NCBI RefSeq assembly: GCF_001194135.2
Contig: NC_068989.1
Location: forward strand, 22,307,691-22,343,953
Direction of reading: 5' to 3'
Length of the DNA: 36,263 nt
Source of the DNA: Octopus bimaculoides
Taxonomy: Eukaryota
Under the pieces are notes generated by a model. That model had not been told where the DNA came from. It did no database searches and saw nothing but the letters and a program-made list of their open reading frames with translations. The translations under genes and the position numbers were made by a program. Positions 11,175-22,845 of this stretch are shown in pieces (within the stretch, counting starts at the first letter, position 1; every line of letters starts with the position of its first letter).

Positions 11175-12236
11175 ATGCCATGCTGACGATTTCAAATAAG
11201 TATGAAATGACGCTATACAATGGCTACCTACAACTAATAATTTTAAGATGTTTATTATGTGTATATTGTATGTACCTTCTTCATTACTCTCCGATTTAAA
11301 ATTCATATGTCCAACCCTACTTGAATTCATCTTGAAATGATTGTCTCGCCTACGATAGCTAACCGTCGGGGACTGCTACGTGCATGAATAGTTTTTAATG
11401 CCCGAATTGTTATTACTTCAGCCCACTCAGTATCTGTATCATAACATATTATGAACAATGTTTAATGTTTGGCGTAAACATGAACCATATACACACACGT
11501 TTCTTTAATTTCTTTAGATTTTACTGTGTGAAGTAACTCTGGTTTTATTCTAGCATGTCAGACATTTTCTTTCATATCGTGTCACATCTTCAAGGTATTC
11601 TCTGAACCATGCTTCTAAATTAAACTGGTTCTTTGTTGCCGCTGAGACACAGTGTACATCATCATCCGCAACTTTTATCATCAATGTTCTCAAACAGGTT
11701 GGTGAAGCAAATTAATTCTCCATTACACAAGATACCATCTACTACTGCTAACATATTTTTCATAATGTGAATGGCCTTTCAGCAACAGAACAACAACTCC
11801 AATTATTATAAAAAGTTTTTTTTTTTTTTAATACACCTGATATAGTATTATCATTACTAGTCTCCAGTTTTATATTTTCACATCTTATTAATTAGTTTCC
11901 ACAAAATAGCTAAAGAAATTATTGTCATCCTCATTATCATGATCACTAGTAAATTCCAACTGTGATAATACATCAAAATACAGTATCTCAGATGCTTTTA
12001 CATAAGATATTTTATAAACAAATGCTATCGTTTGTAAGGCACCTATCTTAAACATTGGTGGATGTATACTTTACGGAAACCATAATTTTCTTTTTTTAAA
12101 AATGAAAGATAATAAAATTCTCGTAGCCTTTAACCTGAGACCGATTTATATTTTCGGTTAAACAGAAAATTCTCTGATCATCGACACCATACAAACGCCA
12201 AGATTTCCCATTTTCAGTATTTATATCCCTAGCTTC

Positions 12237-12566
12237 GTGAAAGCACGTGGCTTAGTGGTTAGGGTATTTGGCTCATGATCTTAAGGTCATGAATTCAGTT
12301 CCCGGTGACGCATTGTATACTTGATCAAAACACTTTATTTCACGTTGCTCCAGTCCTCTCAGCTGGCAAAAATGAGTGGTGCTTGTATTTCAAAGGGTCA
12401 ACTTTGTCACGTTCTTTGTCATACTAAATTTCCCTGAGAACTATGTTAAGGGTACACGTGTCCGTAGAGTGCTCATCCACATGCACGTTAATTTCACGAG
12501 TAGGCTGTTTCGTTGTATGGATCAACTGAGACTCTCGTCGTCGTTACCGACGGAATGCCACTTATA
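12237..12566 (+). mobile_element. SINE-B carrying the SINE-A 3' tail
   Basis: Head gcacgtggcttagtggttagg, CORE-like block, then tcaaagggtca...gtgctcatccacatgcacgttaatttcacgag; TSD cctagcttc at 12228-12236 and 12567-12575. Confidence 0.9.
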
Positions 12567-13144
12567 CCTAGCTTCAGCTAGGTATAACTCTTATAATGAT
12601 CTTGATAAAAATAACACAGAACGGCCGTCTTGCGAAATTATCTCCTATTGAGCCTTTTCATTCACGACATCCTAAAACTGGCTTCGATACTAACCTCAGC
12701 CTATACCAAGCTGAAATGCATTTTGTTGCTGTTCTCCCCCTGACAATAGGACATCACATTTATGATCACCCATACTTATAGAAATTGACAAGTCCAAGAA
12801 CAGATACTTCTCACTTCTCTCTTGATGATTCTACATTCATAATCCTCACTATTAAGCGATGATCTGGTGATGTACCCCCTTTGTCAGTCTACGTCCTTCA
12901 AAAGATAATTCGCCAGTTTCCAACATACATTTTGCTCAGCACGCCTAATAATTCCAACTTCTTTATGATCTTATCTACTTAAATATATAAATTTGCAACA
13001 TTTTCCCCTTAATATATTTAGTTAGCTTGTTCCTTAGTATTATAACTTTTAGGATCACAATGTCTTCTTTGGGAGAAAGTTTTCTGTAGTATAGGTATTG
13101 TTTTGTAACAATAAGTTAATATTAATTGTTTACTTTGATGTTAT

Positions 13145-13515
13145 TGTTGTTGGCACTCCGTCGCTTACGACGTCGAGGGTTCCAATTGATCCGATCAACG
13201 GAACAGCCTGCTCTTGAAATTAACGTGCAAGTGGCTGAGCACTCCACAGATACGTGTACCCTTAACGTAGTTCTCGGGGAGATTCAGCGTGACACAGTGT
13301 GACAAGGCTGACCCTTTGAATTACAGGCACAACAGAAACAGGAAGTAAGAGTGATAGAAAGTTGTGGTGGAAGAGTACAACAGAGTTCGCCACCATCTCC
13401 TGCCGGTGCTTCGTGGAGCTTTTTAGGTGTTTTCGCTCAATAAACACTCACAACGCCCGGTCTGGGAATCGAAACCGCGAGTCCGCTGCCCTAACCAATG
13501 GGCCATTGCGCCTCC
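13145..13515 (-). mobile_element. SINE-A, full length with 14-nt head deletion
   Basis: 13-bp TSD actttgatgttat at 13132-13144 and 13516-13528. Confidence 0.95.
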
Positions 13516-15240
13516 ACTTTGATGTTATAACTTGCAGTAATAAGCAGGTGTTGACGTAATTAACAAACTATGCTAATGTTTCTAGAAAAGTGCAAAGTGT
13601 TTGTGGATCCATCTCTTGTGAAGATTACTTACATTGATATTATTTGATTTTCTTCATAGATATTCTTATGAAGCTAAGATGACGCTTAGATATTGATGCA
13701 TAGTTTTGGGAGGTTCAGTGGAATATATAAATTTACAACAGTATTAGCACCAATACATATGACATCTGAATAAACAATAACTTTATCGATGTCCCTTCCA
13801 ACACTATGTTCAGTTGTTCTCTGAAACACACCGTTAGGTGTTATAATCCTAATATGGAAGACTTGTCCCTCTTAAAAGACCTGTTGGTGCATTTATCATC
13901 ATAATATATTTTGCTTCAGAAAGCACAACTATCTAATGACATATTCCACTTTTAAACTAATTTAGCAAAATGGTTCATACTAGAAAGAAAAGAAAATATC
14001 AATTTAGTATTTGGAGTTGGATAAGAATCTGACAAAGAAAAACTTTTATTTGTACCAGCTTTATAATCTCCACATACTTTGAGGTTTCCCTCTACCTTTT
14101 GCTCAGCCATTAATGGAGAGGACCGAATTCTTCATTCAGGAAGAACCATTTGTAAAAGACCTTCATTCATTAGTTTCCGCAACTTTGTTATGATTAATGG
14201 TGCTACAAGTATCTATAATCGTCTTTCATCAAAATAACATGGCTTGATATTTCTTTGGAGAATACTATTGGAGTTAAAACCTCTTAATCACCAAAGTTGT
14301 CAGGGATTAATATTGAATTAGTTCATGAATTAGTGCTGAACTATTAACAATCATTATGTCCAAACCACACAAGCCATTTTTTTTTACCTTCAGTAACAAT
14401 AACTAACTACTTCTATTTATTCTATAACCGACTTCCACTAATGCATGAAATTTTCCTAAAATTCCAATGGGTGATTCATCAAATTCATTTCCTTTGAGAT
14501 CACACTTTCTTAATTTTGATATGTTCAAATCAATTCAGAAATTCTGAGCCATTACAGTTACCTGATTGCCAGCATCAACGTGCATTTCTATGTAACATTA
14601 TTGAGTTGTGCATTGATCATTGGCGTGTTTTGAGGCCTGTCTTATAAACACTAACAGAATCTTGCCTTTTAATTTCGATAACCATTTTTTATAGGAAAAA
14701 ACATACAGCTTGAAATGGATTTTTTTCTACACTTGATACAAGTTTCATCAAATACGGGACATTTTGATTATGCAAGCTTATATTCACAAGATTAGTGTAT
14801 GTTTCCATCAACATGTGATACAGATATCACCAAATATTGTTGTTTTTTTTTCGTTTTTCTCATTTATCTGAAATTTTGAAATAATTTAAAGCTGTTAAAG
14901 GAATTCAATATATGCATTATTCGGGTCACCTGACAGAAGACACTGTAATACTTTGACACGGTGTTCAAATGATAACATGATACCTATGTGTCTCGTTTGA
15001 ACGAATCCTATCAACTATTGCGTGCTGATCTGTACGGCCATTTTATCTAATTAGCAAATACTTGCTGACTCACGTAATATTTCAGAATAACTTTAAAAAC
15101 ACTGGAGCCATACTTTGTTGTTTGATATTGTGATAAGCATCAGACCATTTAAGCTATTGTCAATTTCTTTGGAGAAAGAAATGATGGTATTATCGATGAT
15201 CTTATACTGCTAAACTTCATTATTTCAAGTTCCAGAAGTT

Positions 15241-15660
15241 TCTCTTTTACTGTTTTACTTGTTTCAGTCATTTGACTGCGGCCATACTGGAGCACTGCCT
15301 TTAGTCGAGCAAATCGACCACAGGACTTATTCTTTGTAAGCCCAGTACTTATTCTATCGGTCTCTTTTGCCGAACCGCTAAGTTACGGGGACGTAAACAC
15401 ACTACCATCGGTTGTCAAGCGATGTTGGGGGGACAAACACAGACACAAAAACATATACACACACATACATACATACATATATATATATATATACATATAT
15501 ACGACAGGCTTCTTTCAGTTTCCGTCTACCAAATCCACTCACAAGGTTTTGGTCGGCCCGAGGCTATAGTAGAAGACACTTGCCCAAGATGCCACGCAGT
15601 GGGAATGAACCCGGAACTATGTGGTTGGTAAGCAAGCTACTTACCACACAGCCACTCCTA
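15241..15660 (-). mobile_element. SINE-C, full length
   Basis: Minus head taggagtggctgtgtggtaag...gggttcattccc, CORE-like gtggcatcttgggcaagtgtc, internal (TA/CA)n, (GTAAAAGA)-like tail. Confidence 0.92.
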
Positions 15661-16072
15661 CAAAAATATTAAAAAAAAAGAACTGTTATCAATTTTCATT
15701 AATCTTTAGTTGTCCAGATGATATTTGCTTCATGCTATAGAAGAAAATCATCACTTACAAGCCTCATTCCTAGATGAGTCGTACATTGTTATCAACCGGT
15801 GACGCAATTGGCGTATTTATCATACAATGCTTCTCCTTTTACGTAATATAGTGCGGTGCTGCTCAGAAGTTGTGTAATATAGTGTAATGCAGAGCTGATA
15901 GTAGCTTAGTGAAATGTACTGTGGTGCTGTGTAGTTGTGTAGTGTAATGTAGTCTTGTGTAACATAGTATGTTGTAAGGTAATGTGTTTGAAGTAATATC
16001 TAATACTGTCATACTAAGCTAGCCCCTTTAAATATTTTCGTATCATATTTTACAAAGTGTGAGATACTGCTC

Positions 16073-16237
16073 AAGGCGGCGAGCTGGTAGAATTGTTAAC
16101 ATGCTAGGTAATCACATAATTCCGGGTTCAGTCCCACTGTGTGGCACCTTGGGTAAGTGCCTTCTACTATAGCTTCTGGCCGACCAAAGCCTTGTGGATT
16201 TGGTAGACGGAGACTGAAAGAAGTCCGTCGTATATTA

Positions 16238-16268
<31 letters not shown>

Positions 16269-16460
16269 CGCGCGTGTGTATGTCTTTGTGTCAGTGTTTG
16301 TCCACCACCAATGCTTGATAACTGGTGTTGAGTTGTTTACGTTCCTGTAACTTAGCGATTCGACAAAAGATACCCTTAGGATAAATACCAGGCTTGACAA
16401 AAAAGTAAGTAAAAGGGTCGGTTCATTCGACTAAAAATTCTTAAAGGTGATACCCCAGCA
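16073..16460 (+). mobile_element. Chimeric SINE: D-type 5' end joined to a C body
   Basis: aaggcggcgagctggtagaattgttaacatgctagg then taatcacataattccgggttcagtcccactgtgtggcacc. Confidence 0.75.
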
Positions 16461-16464
16461 AGTA

Positions 16465-16890
16465 ACATCATGGACGACTGCTCAAGTTGACAGTGTGTCG
16501 AGCCGCTCCTGATCATGATCGGTGAAGAGCTGGCAAGAGTGAAGTTGGTGTGAGATGTCGGCCAGCTCCGAGGAACAGTGTTTACAGTAGTAACGGTAGA
16601 GAAGGCAGAGTAAGAAAACCGGTTAGATTGTTATGGCAAACGACAGAGGACTTTGACTGGGACCCAGTATAGGACGTAGATATATAATATGTAGAAGCAA
16701 CAGCTCCATCTCGGACGTAGGATTAGTGTTTGATTGAGGGTCACACTTAAGCTTCGTATAAAGATGGTAACTGATGGAAACTGAAGTATTCTCTAGACTT
16801 GATGGCGAAGCTAATCTTCGTAATTTATTTTGGTTATCTTGAAGATATAAGATTACAAGGTAAGCTTATCAGGAATGATAAAGCTTTTTG
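16465..16890 (-). mobile_element. Decayed CR1-group LINE fragment (RT C-terminal region)
   Basis: Minus translation SREYFSFHQLPSLYEA*V*P and LCLLYRYYCKHCSSELA resembles CR1-group motifs YFS..QL..LYKAQVRP and LFYRYY.G.CSSEL. Confidence 0.75.
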
Positions 16891-16898
16891 TTTACGTT

Positions 16899-17880
16899 TG
16901 TAGTGAGTCAGGAAAGCTATTTTGTGTTGCTGCGGCATTATACAGTTGTGCTATTGCATACTCCATCCAATCAGAGCTGGGCACGTAAAAATACAAAAGG
17001 TTTTTAACTAGTTGACCAAAAGACGCCACCGATGAACACTCGGCATCAAACCGAGAAACCTACGGTCCTGAAGGACATGGCCTTGAAGATACATGTTTAT
17101 GTCTGAAACGATGCCGTGAGAAGTCCTCTCACTCAAACTTACTCAGGACCTTATCGTGTTCTTTCTCCTTCTAACAAACATTTCACCATTGACTACAATG
17201 GTTCCAGAGACGCTGTCTCTGTTGATAGGCTTAAAAGGGCCAATACAGATGCTCATAACCCGGAGCCTCATATACCCCACACATATACCGCTTCACACAC
17301 GTCTTCCCCACCCCCACCAACACACGGAACGACAACACGCAGTGGTCGTCGTGTCCATTGGCCCAAGAGAATTTATAGAACTATTTATATGTGACCTAGC
17401 CCTAAGTGCCTGTCATCGTCTCAGTTTTGCACGCCTGCTTTTCTTAATGTATTCATTTGTTTTTCCATTGTTCGAACATTTTGTTTTGCATTTTTCTCCC
17501 TTTTCTTTCTTACTGTTGTTTATATCGACTTGTAGTTTGAACAGGGGGTACTGTAGTGATTCAGGAAAGCTATTTCGTATTGCCGCAGCATAGTACAGTT
17601 GTGCTATGACATGCTCCAATCAATCAGGGCTGGACGCGTAGGAATACAAAAGGTAGTTCACTGTCCAAGCACAGAAGCGCGGTTTTTAACTAGTTGGCGA
17701 AAACACGGCACAGATACAACAGTTCCCGTTTCAATATGAAACAGCTTCTCGTTTCTCACCACCAATTTCGTGCAGCCAACTTTGGAGTTATATCGGCTCT
17801 CGACTTGTCACCTACTGAACAACGTAGTTCATTTATGTTAACTTCGCTCCTCGGAAGTCTGGATAACATCAGCCACAACA
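16899..17880 (+). mobile_element. Internally deleted Ty3/Gypsy element: partial LTR, integrase C-terminus, PPT, LTR
   Basis: TGTAGTGA LTR starts at 16899 and 17552; HVYV*NDAVRSPLTQTYSGPYRVL...VSVDRLKRA...TTRSGRRVHWP (GPY at 17146-17154); PPT gaacaggggg 17539-17548; 3' end at 17880 (cacaaca) is tentative. Confidence 0.85.
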
Positions 17881-18665
17881 TTGCCTCATAATGAACTGTA
17901 TATTTTCGTTTAAGCTAGCTTCGTTCCTATTAGTTTACAACATCTTCCAACAGAATCAATTTGTGCAAAAATAGGTTATAATACTTTACCTGACTCACAT
18001 ATACATACAGGTTATACACTTTTACTACTTGTCAGCACTCGTTCCTATTTTAATAAAGTCACAATGTTTTGTTTAAAATCCCTTCTGACATTCATTACGC
18101 AGGTTTCTCAAAAGCGCATTTCATGGACTTTGTCACGAACACTTTTCATACTTTAAATTAGTGACCGCTCCACACTAAACGTTTTTCTAAAGTGTACGAA
18201 GTTTATTATTCTGAGCAGACAGACGTTGTTAAATCCAGGTCTATTCGACCATATTTATGACGAGATTAATTAAATGATCGAACAACTAAATACAGTTCAC
18301 AAACCAGTGACGGATCCACTGCATGGTCATTCAACCTGTTAGAAATAGTCTTTAGAAAGAAAAGATGCACTGGCGAACGCGGTTAAGAATACGTGTACCA
18401 GAAAAAGAAAAGTGACTTGTCACTCGCTGTAGAATTAGTACTTTAAACGATAAAAAGTCGACACGAAATGTAGAGCTGATATTTCTAGAGGTGGGCGAAG
18501 GCATCGTAATAATCGATTGAATAGTATATATGGCTTTATAGATAGCGGAAAGTAAACCAGGGGAACTTATATCACACATATGAAACCTTACTGAATAAGA
18601 TATATAACTCTAAAAACTGAAGAGTTGTGATTGTTGTTACATTAATACAAATGATTATTCTAAAT

Positions 18666-18962
18666 CAGGGGTTTTTAAACTGTGGTCCGCACACCACAGG
18701 GGGTCCGCAAGGACAAGACAGGGGGTCCGTGGACAGCAAATACTTTTTATGGGCAATTTGATTTTATATATGTTTTTTAATCGAAATCTTTTAATTGACA
18801 ATAAACCTATTTGTTAAATACTGTTAAATAAATAAATGTAAAAATATATGTTATTTTAAGCAAATATTTATGTATAAATTTCATAAGCGTTTATAAGGGG
18901 GTCCCTAAGGTAAAGCCTGAAATATAAAGGGGTCCGCAAGTCAAAAAGTTTGAAATCCCCTG
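18666..18962. mobile_element. hAT (Charlie-like) MITE, 297 bp
   Basis: TIRs caggggtttttaaact / agtttgaaatcccctg; 8-bp TSD ttctaaat (18658-18665) / ttctagat (18963-18970); subterminal GGGGTCC motifs. Confidence 0.9.
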
Positions 18963-19541
18963 TTCTAGATGATACAAATAATTACCTCGTATGTTTGTTG
19001 TTCATTGACGTACCATCTTCAAACATACAGAAGACCGATATTTTGTTTAAAGCGTTTTATAACTGTATGTTAATACAAACCATAACGTCATTGTTCCTGG
19101 TACCAAACCTACAGTCTGCCAATCTGCTGTTTCATCATCATGTTCTGTTGACAATACTGATAACGTACTTACTATTCAGTGTCTCTTCATTCACCTTCGT
19201 CTTCTACGAAATTTGAGAAAGAACTAATGGAGCATAACAAATGAAAAATTATCATCTCAACCTGTACTTCACCGGGTTCATCTATCACTTACTACAAGTA
19301 GATTAAATTAACAATTTACAAAATTAACTTTTCTTCATTTTGATCCGCTGTTAAGTTGAATATTTTGATAATACATATCAATTTATAATGCATATCAATT
19401 TATATGTTTTGTATAGTTACTCGTGCCATCAAAAGTGATGACGTAAGGAATTCATATTTTGTCAAGCCTTTGAACTATGTCTTGTAAACACCATACTTAT
19501 TTTGACCCTCTTCATTAACACTTACTCTTAATCTTCTGATG

Positions 19542-19969
19542 CAGTGGTTCACTTTTTTTTATTTTTGATCGCACCCCTCCTTCCTTCTAAGTAATTATTA
19601 TGCTTAGCGCCCACCTCAGTGCTGGGTCAGGTATCACGACTGAATTAAGTTAGCATGATAATTTATAAATTTTACTATGTGATTAAATTGTATAAGCTTT
19701 TAAGAGTGAGGTGATAAAAACTTAATGAAGACAAAAATTGTAAGTTTACTTTATTCGTTGCAGGTTAATGACTTCCCTGTGGCTTATGAGATCTTAATTT
19801 ATTTTAATAACCATTACAAGTTTAATCATATATAATATCATATATGAACTACTATTCGTAAAATTTAGTATGGTAATTATGTTATCTCACCGCCCCCTAA
19901 AACCTGACACTTCCTTCGACACACCCAGCGCCCGCTTAGGGGCGGAACATTCCTCGTTGAGAACCTTTG
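19542..19969. mobile_element. Older hAT-like MITE
   Basis: Ends cagtggttc / ttgagaacctttg; 8-bp flanks ttctgatg / ttgtaacg match 5 of 8. Confidence 0.5.
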
Positions 19970-20200
19970 TTGTAACGGTTTACTCTCATCATCTCCTCTG
20001 TATCTATCTATTATTCTCCCTCTCTCTCTCTTTCTGTCTTATTGTCTTTTCATCTGAGATTTCTGATTCTGAGTCGAAGACTCTTAGTATCTTGAGCTCA
20101 TTTTGCTGCTTGCTCTATAGCACCTCATGCACTCGGCTCTTGTTGCACAACATACATATATCCATTTTCCTTGAATAGTTGATATTCGTTGCTTTAGATG

Positions 20201-20415
20201 AGGCGGTGAGCTGGAGGAACCGTTAGCACTCTGGGCAAAATGCTTAGCAACATTTCGTTCGTCTTTACATTCTAAGTTCAAATTCTGCCGAGGTCAACTT
20301 TGCCTTTCTTCCTTTCGGGGTCGGTGAGATAAGTACCAATTGAACACTGGGGTCAATATAATCGACTTACCCCCTCTCCCAAAATTGCTGGCCTTGTGGC
20401 AAAATTTGAAACCAT
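20201..20415 (+). mobile_element. SINE-D, full length
   Basis: aggcggtgagctgg head through ggccttgtggcaaaatttgaaacc. Confidence 0.9.
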
Positions 20416-21334
20416 TGTGTAGTATATATGTATGTATGCATGTACGTACGTGTCCTCATCTTTATGATAATGATCATCATCATTTTTCCATGTTTGCATT
20501 GGTCAAACGGAATTCGATGAGGCAGAATTTATTGTTGTTTACCCCTCGGTCAGCTTTGATTGAATTGTTTTCCTTCAATGACAAACCCATCCTTTTTTCC
20601 TTCTATATATATATATGTATGTATGTTAGGTCAACTGTGACGTTTCTTATGCGTGCTACAGGTGACATCGAATCCAGTGATCTGTTGCATGATCGGATCG
20701 TCGACCACTAAACCGACACCCCAACCGGACTAGCCTGGTGAGAAGAGTTGCTAGAAACCCCAACAGAACGAAACAACTATACCTGTCAAAAGTACGGGTG
20801 AACCCAGTGTAGGTCCAACGACTATCTAGCAATGACACGGCCTTTCACAAAGTCGGGTTGGGCTGCCGCCTGCTGGTGACCACTGAGTGTGAGCCACCCC
20901 TCAGCTTTTGTTCAAGTATGTCTCTTCTATGAGATGATCACTCTGATATAAAACCAGATATGCAGGGAATGCGTTGGTAATTTTAAGGATCTGTTCCTTG
21001 CGCTTGAGATCATGGTGCTCCCACATTCCTGAGCGTGTGACCTATATTGACACTAAATATTTTGCCTAAGCCTGTCTCTAGATCATGTCAATAGGCTGGA
21101 AGACATAGGCTCGGGAACAGGGTATGAGGAGGTTGGTTGTGGGAATGGGTGAAAACACCCTACACCTTAAAATTCTTTTGGAGTGGGGGCAATGAAAAGG
21201 CTTAGAACATGCCCCTGAAACAACTTCATCGCCAAAACGAAACGAACATACGCCTGAAAAATTTCATCGCCAAAACGAACATTACTTTTCCATTATTGGA
21301 ATTATCTGATTCGATTGATGTACAAATATAATAT

Positions 21335-22270
21335 TAGTTTCAAATTTTAGCACAAGGCCAGCAATTGCATTGATTCCAGTGCTCAATTGATACTTATTTT
21401 ATTGGCCCCCGAAAGGGATGAAACGTGAAGTCGGCGACATTTGAACTCAGAACGTAAGGGCAGACGAAATGTCACTAAGGATATTACCCGGTGAGCTAAT
21501 GATTCTGCCAGCTCACCGCCTTATGCACACATATAATATCAATAATCCCTTCTTCTAAGAAGCACAAAGCCTGAAATTTTAGGGGACTATTCGACTACAT
21601 CGACCTTTATGTTTCATTGGTACTTAATTTATCGACCTCGAAAAGATAAAAGGTAAAGTCGACCTCGGCGGAATTTGAACTCAGATCGTGCAGACGGACG
21701 AATTACCGCTAAGCATTTCAGACGCCGTGGTAGCGATTCTGCCAGCTCACCGCCTTAAATATAATCTTTTCTACTCTAGGCACAAGGCCCAAAATTCTTA
21801 GGGAGTGGGGGCTAGTCGATTAGATCGACCCAAGTACACAACTGGTACTTAATTTATCGATCCCGAAAGGATAAAAGGCAAAGTTGACCTCGGCGGAATT
21901 TGAACGCAGAACGTAAAGACAGACGAAATAAAATATTCTTTTCTACTCTAGGCACAAGGCCCAAAATTCTTAGGGAGTGGGGGCTAGTCGATTAGATCGA
22001 CCCAAGTACACAACTGGTACTTAATTTANNNNNNNNNNNNNNNNNNNNNNNNNNNNNNNNNNNNNNNNNNNNNNNNNNNNNNNNNNNNNNNNNNNNNNNN
22101 NNNTAGATCGAAACCAGTGTTTCACTTGTACTTAATCTATCGGCCCCAAAAGGATGAAAGGCAAAGTCGACCTCGGCGGAATTTGAACTCGGAACGTAGC
22201 GACGGGTGAAATACCGCTAAGCATTTCGTCCAGCTTACTGACTGACGATTCTACCAGCAAGCCGCATTAG
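21335..22270 (-). mobile_element. Second head-to-tail stack of about five SINE-D copies
   Basis: Repeated (c)ggcggaatttgaac(t)c and gccagctcaccgcc units, all on minus; interrupted by gap 22029-22103. Confidence 0.9.
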
Positions 22271-22498
22271 ATATAAAACTAATGATAATAATAATAATTA
22301 TTATTATTGAGGCTCTATGAAGCGTTGTGCAAGCTTTGTAGGACCGAAAAATTTGCACAGACATTGCTTTGTCAGTGATGATCATACTCGTCTACAAGTT
22401 GACAGCCATCATCATGTATGTACGAATGTAAACGTGTGTATGTATATACGTACGTATGTATATATTTGTATGTATATTATTATGTATGTATGTATGTA

Positions 22499-22845
22499 TA
22501 CTCTTTACTCTTTTACTTGTTTCAGTCTTTTGAGTGTGGCCATGCTGGAGCACCGCCTTTTGTCGCGCAAATCGACCCCAAGACTTATTCTTTAGAAGCC
22601 TAGTACTTATTCTATCGGTCCTTTTTGCCGAACCGCTAAGTTACGGGGACATAAACACACCAGCATCGGTTGTCAAGCGATGTTTGGGGGACAAACACAG
22701 ACACACAAACACATACACACATACATATACATATATATATATACATATATACGACGGGCTTCTTTCAGTTTCCGTCTACCAAATCCACTCACAAGGCTTT
22801 GGTCAGCCCGAGGCTATAGTAGAAGACACTTGCCCAAGATGCCAC
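22499..22845 (-). mobile_element. SINE-C (head lost in gap)
   Basis: Closely similar to 15241-15600. Confidence 0.92.

Larger units (their letters stand above)
10730..15240 (-). mobile_element. Decayed Ty3/Gypsy LTR retrotransposon internal region (gag-PR-RT-RNaseH-IN), no LTRs recognised
   Basis: Manual minus-strand translation: gag knuckles CITC...CPVFDETCIKC..HFQAVC (~14700-14830); protease MHVDAG (14568-14585); RT KVCGDYK (14060-14080), SYPTP, YSDV for YxDD (13761-13772); RNase H QDGRSVLFLSRSL..EAR..EILAFVW; integrase zinc finger DDDVHC...CLTC (11553-11660); many stops and frameshifts. Confidence 0.88.

Noticed and set aside
15795-15815. Possible primer-binding site for the minus-strand Gypsy (aattgcgtcaccgg)
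   Set aside because: Imperfect match and no adjoining LTR could be paired with a 3' LTR
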